DNA of 56,567 nucleotides from a virus (Duplodnaviria; Caudoviricetes): IMG/VR virus record IMGVR_UViG_3300031237_000257, positions 1 to 56,567 of that record; one strand, 5' to 3'. Shown piece by piece: positions 37,433 to 45,428 of this stretch (position 1 is its first letter; each line of letters starts with the position of its first letter). The notes under the pieces were generated by a model. It saw only the letters and a program-made list of their open reading frames with translations, ran no database searches and was not told where the DNA came from. The position numbers and the translations under genes were made by a program.

Positions 37433-38390
37433 TGCGCGGCCCTCCCTCACGAATGTTGCGCGCAGCTTCCTGTGCGGCGTTGATGTTGGCCTGGGTGTCT
37501 TCCAGTTGGCGGGCGGTGCGGCCGTTAATCTGAGTTTGGGTCACCCACTGGGTGTGGTAGCTCTCGGCGTTGGCCAACAGCTCGCTGACGCTGTGGCACT
37601 TGCGGATTAGTTGGGCGTCGTTGATGCCGAGGTAATACGCAGCCACGCTGTGAGAAACGTCGATGCCCAAACGGCCGATCAACGAACCTATCTGCCCTCC
37701 CACCTTGGCGTTCCACACTGGCCAGGCCTTGTACCGCTTGCGGTAGGACATGGCGTAGTTGGCCCAGGTCTTGAACGTCTTGCAGGTCTGGTCCTTGGGT
37801 CCGGGCATGTCGGCTGGGATCTCAACTCGGGGCGCCTCGGTGCGATCAACAACCAGCACCAGCCCGCCGGATCGGTTCGGCTTGTCCGAGCCGTCCTGCA
37901 AATCCTGATTACTGGTTACCTGATTGGTACCCTGATTATTGGTACCCTGATTTGTCGGAGATTTTTCCGACCCTGCATCGGATTTTTTTCCGACCTTGCT
38001 CGGAGATTTATCCGAGGTAGATCGGATTTTTTTCCGACCATCGAGCGCATCAGAGGTCGGATATTTTTCCGACCCATCCAACTTGCGATTCCACTCTTTC
38101 GCCTTCTCAGTGAGGCGGATCAAGGTGATGCTGGAAGTGCTGGAAAGCTCGATTAAACCGGCATCCCTCAGGGCTTTAAGAAGTCGGTAAGCGGTGTCCG
38201 CCTTGTCAGTGAGCAGCGGCAGTTCTTCGACGATTTTGCTCTTGCTCAGCGCGAAGTAGATCCCGGTGTCCGTCTTGATTGGGTTGGCCCAACTCGGGCT
38301 CTCGTAGACGAAGGCGAATAGCAGGGCCTGCTGAGAATTCAGCCCCCACTCCAGCGCCTTCACCTGGTTGATCGTGACGGTGTATTGCAT
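37419..38390 (-). CDS. Replication initiator (O-like)
   Basis: N-terminal wHTH-like region; internal iterons. Confidence 0.85.
   Translation of the reverse strand: MQYTVTINQVKALEWGLNSQQALLFAFVYESPSWANPIKTDTGIYFALSKSKIVEELPLLTDKADTAYRLLKALRDAGLIELSSTSSITLIRLTEKAKEWNRKLDGSEKYPTSDALDGRKKIRSTSDKSPSKVGKKSDAGSEKSPTNQGTNNQGTNQVTSNQDLQDGSDKPNRSGGLVLVVDRTEAPRVEIPADMPGPKDQTCKTFKTWANYAMSYRKRYKAWPVWNAKVGGQIGSLIGRLGIDVSHSVAAYYLGINDAQLIRKCHSVSELLANAESYHTQWVTQTQINGRTARQLEDTQANINAAQEAARNIREGGPRNAFL
37955..38072. repeat. Five iterons, phage replication origin
   Basis: TCGGA-N6-TCCGA at 37955, 37978, 38000, 38022, 38057; adjacent CTGATT/GGTAC repeats 37905-37952. Confidence 0.88.
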
Positions 38391-38391
38391 G

Positions 38392-39198
38392 TCAGGCCTT
38401 CCCGACCAGTTTGGCCAGTTCGAGGAAGCGATCCACGTACCAGTGAGGTTGCGTCTCGCGAGGAGATTGAGGATTGGTCAAATTCTTGCCGAAACGAAGG
38501 CCCTGCTCAGTCACAGACCAGAAGTCGACCATTTCCTGCTTGGAGTTTTTGCGCTGGAGCTGCTTGAGGAAGCCCTTGGCAGCTAGTGCGCGATTGAACG
38601 CTGCCGGCGCGTAGCGGATGTCGTTGTCCTTCAGCAAGGCCGTGGCCGACTTGGTAGGCATCGAAGAACCGCCAGCAGCATCTGGCGCGGCGTCGACGGC
38701 GTAGCCTGGGAGAAACTTCGGGTCCAAGCCGTTGTTCTGGGCGATCTTCGTGAGCATGGCCATCTGGCAAGATGGCGCGGGCTTCAGTAGGCGCGTGAAG
38801 CACTCCATGATGGCGATCTCGCCGACGACCTTGGTGCCATTGAGCAGAACCTGCTCGCGGGCGCCCTGCTGCTGTTCCAGCTCGCGCCACCGGCGAATCA
38901 CCTTCATGCGCAGCGGCGCGCTGTAGCCGGTGAGCAGGCAGTCGGTGTGCTCGCGATCCAGCATGTACTCGACTTGCTCGCGGTTCTGGCCATCCAGATA
39001 GATGTGCTCAAAACTGAGTACATCTAAATTCAGTTCTTTTAGCATCGCCGTGATGTCGCGCTTCACGTTGGCGTGCCGCTTACCGGTGACGTTGGCGATC
39101 TCACGGGAAGACATCGTGGTACGCGACACGTTTTCCGAATTAACAAAACGTGTCGCGACATTGAAAGGGGGATTGCTTGAATTAGGTTGGCTCTGCAT
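38392..39198 (-). CDS. Rha-family regulator with KilAC/antirepressor-like C-terminus
   Basis: TMSSREIANVTGKRHANVKRDI, LLTGYSAPLR; FGKNLTNPQSPRETQPHWY. Confidence 0.85.
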   Translation of the reverse strand: MQSQPNSSNPPFNVATRFVNSENVSRTTMSSREIANVTGKRHANVKRDITAMLKELNLDVLSFEHIYLDGQNREQVEYMLDREHTDCLLTGYSAPLRMKVIRRWRELEQQQGAREQVLLNGTKVVGEIAIMECFTRLLKPAPSCQMAMLTKIAQNNGLDPKFLPGYAVDAAPDAAGGSSMPTKSATALLKDNDIRYAPAAFNRALAAKGFLKQLQRKNSKQEMVDFWSVTEQGLRFGKNLTNPQSPRETQPHWYVDRFLELAKLVGKA

Positions 39199-39263
39199 AA
39201 TCGGCCTCATTGAGTGGTGTCGAATTAGCCGGGGCGCAATCCCGGCTTTTTTGTGCCTGGGTT

Positions 39264-39686
39264 TCAGGCAGCCTTCACCGATGCATCCATCACGTCCAGG
39301 CTCTGCCGGACATGGTTGATCTCTTGGCGAATCAAAGATTTTTCGAACGTGCTGACGTGGTCATCGCCGAGCGCTTCGTGCACGGCGATAGTCAGATCAG
39401 CCACTTCCTTGCCGACATTGATCAGCGAATTGGTCAGCGCTTGAGGCTGGGGGGCAGACTTGGCGATCAGGTCGAAACCGAATTCATTTGCGAGCGCTGC
39501 CAGAGGGCGCATGTCGCCGGTGTGCAGCAAGATCCCAAACAGGTGCTCCACGGTCAGGTGGTGAGCATCGTTGTCGGGGTTGGCGCGCTGGAGCAGGCCA
39601 ACGTGTGGCACCCCCATCTTCGCCGCCAATGCTTTGGCCTCGTTATCCAGAACAGCGCTTTGGCAGGCCCGCAGAAAATCTTCCAT
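39264..39686 (-). CDS. cII: CII-family regulatory protein
   Basis: LLQRANPDNDAHHLT motif; position after cro. Confidence 0.78.
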   Translation of the reverse strand: MEDFLRACQSAVLDNEAKALAAKMGVPHVGLLQRANPDNDAHHLTVEHLFGILLHTGDMRPLAALANEFGFDLIAKSAPQPQALTNSLINVGKEVADLTIAVHEALGDDHVSTFEKSLIRQEINHVRQSLDVMDASVKAA

Positions 39687-39769
39687 TCGTAAAACCTCAA
39701 ATTTGTTTCCGTGGTGGCGTTACGCCAACAAAGCGATGATCTGGTCATCAACTGATCAGGGACTCATCC

Positions 39770-39985
39770 ATGACCACTCATTCCGAATTACAGGGCGAGA
39801 TAGCCGCCCTTTGCTGCTTGGTGGTTGCCTTGGCGTCCACCCTTCCCTTGTCATCACAACTCAGGCTGTGGCGAGCGTTTGAGCGAGCTGCCGGACCATT
39901 CCGGGAAGTGCTTGGTTGCGAAGAGTTGCGCGGTTTTGAGCGCGCAACCGTCTTGCTCGCGTCGAGGCGAGCAAAGTTGAGTTAG
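39770..39985 (+). CDS. Small antisense hypothetical protein
   Basis: AGGGA RBS, 71 aa, convergent with cro. Confidence 0.55.
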   Translation: MTTHSELQGEIAALCCLVVALASTLPLSSQLRLWRAFERAAGPFREVLGCEELRGFERATVLLASRRAKLS

Positions 39986-40161
39986 GCGGCCTGCTCTTTT
40001 TTAATCGCTTTGAACTTTCCCCTGGAGAGGACTTGAATTTGGTACTGGCGGGATTCGGGAATAGTTTCCCCCCACATAGTCACTGCACTCGGACGGATGC
40101 CCAGCGCCAGTGCCAGCTTTGTTTTGTTGCCGAAGAATTCGGCCACTTCATGCGTATTCAT
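39982..40161 (-). CDS. cro: Cro repressor (59 aa, not in ORF track)
   Basis: MNTHEVAEFFGNKTKLALALGIRPSAVTMWGETIPESRQYQIQVLSRGKFKAIKKEQAA; GAGGA RBS; divergent from cI. Confidence 0.92.
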   Translation of the reverse strand: MNTHEVAEFFGNKTKLALALGIRPSAVTMWGETIPESRQYQIQVLSRGKFKAIKKEQAA

Positions 40162-40187
40162 TGCGCATCCTCGTTCGAGCCTTATGC

Positions 40188-40260
40188 AATTTCAGCATGC
40201 TTAATTTAATGAGTCAACGAGCTTTTCCGACTACTGCATGCTTAAATTCAGTTAACTTAA
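40188..40260. promoter_or_regulatory. OR operators with pR/pRM
   Basis: TTCAGCATGCTTAA 40191, TACTGCATGCTTAA 40232, TTCAGTTAACTTAA 40247; minus-strand TTGACT at 40212-40217. Confidence 0.8.
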
Positions 40261-40270
40261 TATTGGGTCC

Positions 40271-40924
40271 ATGGAAAGACACGAACGTATTGCCCGAGCC
40301 ATCAAGCTCAGCGGGAAAAAGAAAGGCGAAATCGCTGCGCTTTGTGGCGTCGCAAATTCGGCCGTCACTCAATGGATTTCGGGGGAAAGCAAAAGTCTTC
40401 GGCCCGAGAACCTTTACGCACTGGCAAAAGCGACCGGGTTCAGGCCTGAGTGGCTTGCGATCGGTGAGGGAGGTGAGCGTGAGTTGGCGGACTCAAATGT
40501 CGGCGAAGCCCGGCAGCCCGTAGAATCCTTCCGCTACCCGGTTATCAGTTGGGTCGCCGCCGGTGCTTGGGCCGAAGCAGTCGAGCCCTACCCTACTGGC
40601 TTCTCAGACCGCTATGAGTTCTCCGAGTACGATTCCAAGGGTCCGGCCTTCTGGCTGGAGGTTCGAGGAGACTCGATGACCTCGCCGGTTGGCCAGAGCA
40701 TCACGGAAGGAACGCTGATCCTGGTCGACACTGAGGCCGATGCGACTCCAGGCAAACTGGTGATCGCCAAGCTTCCAGAAAGCAACGAGGCCACATTCAA
40801 GAAGCTGGTGAATGACGGCGGTCGGCTGTACCTCAAGCCGCTGAACCCTAGTTACCCGATCGAAGTTTTCGACGAGCGCTGCCGGATCGTTGGGGTGGTG
40901 GTGCGAGCGCTTCAGAAGTTTTAG
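40271..40924 (+). CDS. cI: CI repressor (HTH + S24 autopeptidase)
   Basis: N-terminal HTH, VAAG cleavage site, GDSM and TFKKL catalytic motifs. Confidence 0.95.
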   Translation: MERHERIARAIKLSGKKKGEIAALCGVANSAVTQWISGESKSLRPENLYALAKATGFRPEWLAIGEGGERELADSNVGEARQPVESFRYPVISWVAAGAWAEAVEPYPTGFSDRYEFSEYDSKGPAFWLEVRGDSMTSPVGQSITEGTLILVDTEADATPGKLVIAKLPESNEATFKKLVNDGGRLYLKPLNPSYPIEVFDERCRIVGVVVRALQKF

Positions 40925-40985
40925 TTGGGCGGAAGGCTTAGTAGGAGCGTGGATCTCCGAGTTGGAGAGTCATCAGGAGTGCGGC

Positions 40986-41294
40986 ATGGCAGATCAAGAA
41001 AATCCCGAGGCGATAACCGAAGCGGATGTTACGTTCACGGTTCACGAATTTATGCAGTACCTGGCGAACGTTGGGCGATCCGACAAATGCCCTGTCTGCC
41101 CCCACCAAGGAGAGTGGGTGTTTCACACGACCCTTGAAAATGAGGAAGTGCTCATCGTCCACCTCATCCAAAAAGCAAGCAACAGCCAGGAATACACTCC
41201 TGTAGCGACAATGGAATGTCCCAGGTGCGGATTTATCTCCCAAACGAGCCTGATCGCAGTGAAAGATCATTTTGTCACGGTGAGGGCGCGATAA
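40986..41294 (+). CDS. Zinc-ribbon protein
   Basis: AGGAG RBS; CPVC ... CPRCG. Confidence 0.82.
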   Translation: MADQENPEAITEADVTFTVHEFMQYLANVGRSDKCPVCPHQGEWVFHTTLENEEVLIVHLIQKASNSQEYTPVATMECPRCGFISQTSLIAVKDHFVTVRAR

Positions 41295-41903
41295 ATGACT
41301 GAGCTGAAGCTTGTATCTGATCGCACCAAGTCGGGAAGCTGGACCTCTACAGCGACGACGTCCAGCTACGCTCAGTTTTCATCCATTGGGCCCGAGGACG
41401 CAGCGATGCTCAGGAAGTTCTTAGCTGAGAACGAGGCGCCTAACGTTTTTCCTGAGCCAACTGATCAGATCAGCGAAGACGTGGACACCTTATCCGGTCA
41501 GAGCCATAATCAGCCGATGACAGACATCACCGATTACCGTAACGAACTCAAGTTCAGAGATGAATCTCTTCGCCGGGAGCTAGACTTGCGCCAGGAGTCT
41601 TTTCGGTCTGAGCAAGCTATCCGCGACAAGGCGCTTGATGAAAAATTTGCCGGTTTTCTAGCTGTTCAGGCAGAGCGCGATAAGCGCCTGGATGGCTCAC
41701 TTACAGCAATTCATGATGACATTTCTCGGCTTGGCAGTCTGAAATTGAGCATCTGGGGTGCGATGTTTACAGGCCTTGCAATCACTCTTACGGTTATTGG
41801 GCTTGGAATTACTTCTTACCAAGCAGGACAGACAGACAGGCGTCCTCCTGTGGATGCTCCCCGCGCAGAGGCAAGTCAAGCGCCCCCAGTAACACCAAAA
41901 TGA
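41295..41903 (+). CDS. Coiled-coil protein with C-terminal TM helix
   Basis: TAAATG junction; IWGAMFTGLAITLTVIGLGI. Confidence 0.8.
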   Translation: MTELKLVSDRTKSGSWTSTATTSSYAQFSSIGPEDAAMLRKFLAENEAPNVFPEPTDQISEDVDTLSGQSHNQPMTDITDYRNELKFRDESLRRELDLRQESFRSEQAIRDKALDEKFAGFLAVQAERDKRLDGSLTAIHDDISRLGSLKLSIWGAMFTGLAITLTVIGLGITSYQAGQTDRRPPVDAPRAEASQAPPVTPK

Positions 41904-41905
41904 AG

Positions 41906-41930
41906 AAGCCCGCCGAGTGCGGGCTTTTTT
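41906..41930 (+). terminator. Terminator of immunity operon
   Basis: AAGCCCGC-cgagt-GCGGGCTT followed by TTTT. Confidence 0.8.
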
Positions 41931-42014
41931 ACGTCTGCAGAAAAGACGTGTGCGTTTTGTTTACATATTTCTAGCGACTGCCCTTCGACTATTGCGCAAT
42001 TCTACCTAGCCAAA

Positions 42015-42034
42015 TACTGTATATACATACAGTA
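42015..42034 (+). promoter_or_regulatory. LexA (SOS) box
   Basis: TACTGTATATACATACAGTA. Confidence 0.9.
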
Positions 42035-42051
42035 ACAGCAAGGAGCTTTGC

Positions 42052-42303
42052 ATGCCTCAACCCACTCCCCGCACAACAATAAAAACATCGTCCTATGAGC
42101 TGGCCGGACGTCGTATTCAAAAACTCATCGCCGCACCAGGTGTGCAGAAGGCTCAGGCCATCACAGTATCCAGGCTTGAGCATGAGTCCGCCGAGGATTG
42201 GCAACGCCTCATCGATGAGATCAGCGAGACGGCGGGCGTAATGGTTGAGGCGTTAGACGGCGGCGAAGTCAGGATCGGATGGCGACAATACTGCGAAGCG
42301 TGA
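42052..42303 (+). CDS. DUF1654-like protein
   Basis: SSYELAGRRIQKLIAAP...EDWQRLIDEI; AAGGAG RBS; terminator 42308-42336. Confidence 0.8.
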   Translation: MPQPTPRTTIKTSSYELAGRRIQKLIAAPGVQKAQAITVSRLEHESAEDWQRLIDEISETAGVMVEALDGGEVRIGWRQYCEA

Positions 42304-42348
42304 GAAGAGCCCGCCCGCCAGTGAGCGGGCTTTTTATCGATCATAAAT

Positions 42349-42410
42349 TTCAGCATTCTGAATTTATTTATTCAGCATACTTGACACAATAATTTCAGCT
42401 TGCTTAAATT
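42349..42410 (+). promoter_or_regulatory. OL operators with pL
   Basis: TTCAGCATTCTGAA 42349, TTCAGCATACTTGA 42371, TTCAGCTTGCTTAA 42394; TTGACA 42381 and TAAATT 42405. Confidence 0.85.
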
Positions 42411-42438
42411 TGTCTCAAGCCAACGCATCACCGGCCCA

Positions 42439-42466
42439 GCAGCGAAAGCTGCGCCGCTCTTTAACA
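42439..42466 (+). promoter_or_regulatory. boxB-like hairpin plus boxA
   Basis: GCAGC-GAAA-GCTGC then CGCTCTTTAACA. Confidence 0.7.
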
Positions 42467-42775
42467 GTCAGAAATCTTCGCGGATCGATCCCCGGCAACG
42501 GGAAGCCCTTAAGGCATCGCTGGCAACAGCGAACAGCGCGAAACACAAATTTCGATCTCCATGCAGGCTCTGGAACCTGCCGGACTCCCCTCATGGGAGG
42601 ACGCCAAACCATGCAAGCCAGCCGGCGAATAACACCGAACACGAAATGTGTGACGCCGGCCAGGTGGGGAAACCGCGGCGACGCGTATGGGGCGGATAGC
42701 AACACGGAATTTTTCACTGATGCACCCAGCTGCAGTTCGGTCGGGTGCATTGGGAAAACAACCGGAGGCAGAAAG

Positions 42776-43006
42776 ATGGCCTGCAAGATTTGCGATTCAG
42801 GTAACACAGTCTCACTGGGAATGCGTACCCCGCACATTTACTGCCGGTCGTGCGGCGCCCACGAATATGAGGGGCAGGTGATCGACAAGAACGCCTGGAA
42901 CTCATGGATCAATGGCGACACAAAACGACCAATAGGAGATTCGCATGCTCCACATAATCTTGATCGGCGCAGCGCTCAGCCATGCGCGGCCAGAACCTCC
43001 ACCTGA
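42776..43006 (+). CDS. Small zinc-ribbon protein
   Basis: GGAGG RBS; CKIC ... CRSCG. Confidence 0.65.
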   Translation: MACKICDSGNTVSLGMRTPHIYCRSCGAHEYEGQVIDKNAWNSWINGDTKRPIGDSHAPHNLDRRSAQPCAARTST

Positions 43007-43088
43007 TGACGGCCTGCCAACCGATCCACTGCGCTCCCATCGTGAGCACTGGCGATGTACGAGCGGGGTCGCGGCGTTCTGGCGCTGA
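42945..43088 (+). CDS. 47-aa hypothetical protein (not in ORF track)
   Basis: AGGAGA RBS; MLHIILIGAALSHARPEPPPDDG...AFWR. Confidence 0.5.
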   Translation: MLHIILIGAALSHARPEPPPDDGLPTDPLRSHREHWRCTSGVAAFWR

Positions 43089-43387
43089 CCTCCCCGCCCA
43101 TAAACCCCGTGTGGCGCAGCAAGCCTGAAGGCTGTGCCCAACACCCATACAGGCAGCGGACAGTAGGTCGTCGATGTAACCGCGCATCGGCCGGGTTTCC
43201 GGTAGGCCACCCCATCGCGCCAGGACAACTTGATGCTGCAAACCCAGGCCGTCGCCAGTAGCGGGCCTGGGCAACATTCCCGACCAAACCCGCATGCACT
43301 CCCCTCCGTGCCCAACGGCAACCAGAGGAACGGATGAGCGCAGCCGAGTTTTGTTGGATCAGCACCGCCGCTCTTGGAGGCGACACG

Positions 43388-43636
43388 ATGGCAACCACCT
43401 ATGCAGACAGTGCGCAGGCCCGAGAGTGGGACAGGCGCTACGACGCTTGGGGGCGAGAGAAGAAATCTCAGCCTGAAGAATTCCACGACTACGAAGCTGC
43501 CGAGCAGACGCGCACTCAGGCGCTGGCTGATCGTGCCGCTCGTGCAATTGAAGAGCGTAAAAGCCTGAAGCGCCGCATTGGCCTGGCAATGGCGCAGATG
43601 GAATTGGTTTGTCCGCCAAAAGGAGGCGCAGCGTGA
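43388..43636 (+). CDS. Hypothetical early protein
   Basis: GGAGG RBS; GTGA overlap with next gene. Confidence 0.75.
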   Translation: MATTYADSAQAREWDRRYDAWGREKKSQPEEFHDYEAAEQTRTQALADRAARAIEERKSLKRRIGLAMAQMELVCPPKGGAA

Positions 43637-43866
43637 ACGTTGAAGAGCGCGACCACGAGACAGCGGTCACCTGGATCGAAGGCGAGATCAATAACATGAT
43701 CCGCGACCTCGGCAAACCAAACGCCAGCTCGGCAGCGACATCAGTCATCACGTTGGCCTACCTGCTGCGCGTCATCGACGACGCAGAGCAGCGCCACTAC
43801 CGGGCTCGCATCGACCAGATATACGCCTCCTACAACAACTCAACCAAGCAGGGAGCCGCAGCATGA
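43633..43866 (+). CDS. Hypothetical early protein
   Basis: AGGAGG RBS, GTG start, ATGA overlap. Confidence 0.75.
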   Translation: MNVEERDHETAVTWIEGEINNMIRDLGKPNASSAATSVITLAYLLRVIDDAEQRHYRARIDQIYASYNNSTKQGAAA

Positions 43867-44057
43867 CCACACCGCCAGTTAAATCACTGATCGACGATCA
43901 GCTCGACGAGATCGAATCGAAGTTGATCATGCTCGGCTTCGGCCTTCCGTTTAATGAAGTCATCGGCCAGCCGCGCGAGCGCGCAGTGGCCAGCCTGCCG
44001 CAACGCTTGGCGGCCACCATGAAGGGTGGGCGAATCGCGGTTAGGGTTCGGCCATGA
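43863..44057 (+). CDS. Hypothetical early protein
   Basis: GGGAG RBS, coupled on both sides. Confidence 0.72.
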   Translation: MTTPPVKSLIDDQLDEIESKLIMLGFGLPFNEVIGQPRERAVASLPQRLAATMKGGRIAVRVRP

Positions 44058-44170
44058 CCTCCTACCAGCGCGCGAAGCGCTATTGGTTCTGGCGCGGCTC
44101 TGCCGTCACCCTGCTCTTCTTCACTGCCTGGATTCTGGCAAGCGCTTACTCCGGCCAGATCACTCAATAA
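44054..44170 (+). CDS. 38-aa single-TM peptide (not in ORF track)
   Basis: ATGA overlap; MTSYQRAKRYWFWRGSAVTLLFFTAWILASAYSGQITQ. Confidence 0.6.
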   Translation: MTSYQRAKRYWFWRGSAVTLLFFTAWILASAYSGQITQ

Positions 44171-44214
44171 ACCTCTCACCTTCAAGGCTGCGCACCGCGC
44201 GGCAAGGAACTGTC

Positions 44215-45375
44215 ATGTCCGCAAATACCAAACAAGCACCCGCGCAAGACTCGCTGGAAGTGGGCGACACCGACGACGCGAAAAAAACTGTAGCCCCTGC
44301 AGTTGCCGTCACCGACATCGCCGAATACCGGCCGCATGAGGAACAGATCGTTCGTCTGGAAACCACCTACGCAAAGTTGGTCGTTGACTGCTCGACCAGC
44401 GAAGGGTTGGCCAATGCGAAGGAAGTTCGCGTCGATATCCGCGATGTGCGTTACGCCTTGGCGAACACCACCAAGACGGCGCTCGTGCCTTATCAGCAGG
44501 CGGTTAAAGACGCCCAGGCGCGCGTCAATCAGGTGAAGGAGTTCGGCGAGTCATTGAAGGATCGCGTGCTGGCAATCGAAGCGCCCGTTGATGAAGCAAT
44601 CAAGGCCGAGGAAAAACGCGTAGCTGACGCCAAGGCCGAGCGCGAGCGTGTCGAGGCTGAACGCGTCGAAGCCATCCGGGCAAAGATTACCCGTTTCAGC
44701 TCTGTCGCTGCCGCATATGCAAGCCGTAGCGCTGCCGATATCGCCGACATCCTGCAAGGCGTCAAGGTGTCGGTAATCCTGCCGGAAGAATATGCCGAGT
44801 TCGAAGCTGAAGGCACCATCGCTCGCGACAACGCTATTGAGCAGTTGGAAACACTGCACAAGTCTGCCGTTGAACGAGAAGAAGCTGCGGCCAAGCTGCT
44901 GGCCCAGCAGAAAGAACTCGACGAACTGCGCGAGAAGCAGCGCGTTGCCGACGCTGAAGCTGAGGAGCTGCGCAAGCAACGCGCCGAGGAAGACCGCCTG
45001 CGATTGAAGAAGCAGCAGGACGATTTGGACCAGCAGCGCCGCGACATGGAAGCACAGCAACGCCAACAGCGTGAGCAGCAGGAAGAGCAACAGCGCCAGC
45101 AGCGCGAACGCGAAGCTCAGTACCAACGTGACCAGGAAGAACTGGCCCGTCTGCGTGCCCAGGCTGCCGCACCGGCCCCGGTCATTGCCGCGGCCGCGCC
45201 ACTGATCGAAGAGCAGGCCGAAGTCGCCCCCGTCAGCGCCAACGCGATCACCACTGAATCCGACGACGTGACCACGACCGCGCCGTCGGTTGACGACATC
45301 GTCGAGGTTGTAGCTCTGGGCTTCGACGTGGACCTTGACACTGCTCGCGCCTGGCTTCGCGCCATCCGCTTCTAA
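44215..45375 (+). CDS. Long coiled-coil protein upstream of recombinase
   Basis: AAGGAA RBS; E/Q/R/A-rich heptads. Confidence 0.82.
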   Translation: MSANTKQAPAQDSLEVGDTDDAKKTVAPAVAVTDIAEYRPHEEQIVRLETTYAKLVVDCSTSEGLANAKEVRVDIRDVRYALANTTKTALVPYQQAVKDAQARVNQVKEFGESLKDRVLAIEAPVDEAIKAEEKRVADAKAERERVEAERVEAIRAKITRFSSVAAAYASRSAADIADILQGVKVSVILPEEYAEFEAEGTIARDNAIEQLETLHKSAVEREEAAAKLLAQQKELDELREKQRVADAEAEELRKQRAEEDRLRLKKQQDDLDQQRRDMEAQQRQQREQQEEQQRQQREREAQYQRDQEELARLRAQAAAPAPVIAAAAPLIEEQAEVAPVSANAITTESDDVTTTAPSVDDIVEVVALGFDVDLDTARAWLRAIRF

Positions 45376-45428
45376 CTCCCCTTTCCATCTTAAGGCCGAC
45401 CGACTCCTTGCCGGCCACGGAGAGCGTA

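Noticed and set aside
37955-38072. Regular palindromic repeats as a mini-CRISPR
   Set aside because: Spacers are 6-19 bp, repeats lie in a coding frame, no cas genes; iterons explain them
42410-42775. N-terminal extension of ORF 42410-43006 and other ORFs over the pL leader as an N gene
   Set aside because: Starts at the promoter with no RBS; the supported start is ATG 42776
44900-45200. CAG-rich low-complexity stretch
   Set aside because: Encodes the Gln/Arg/Glu coiled coil; not a discrete tandem repeat
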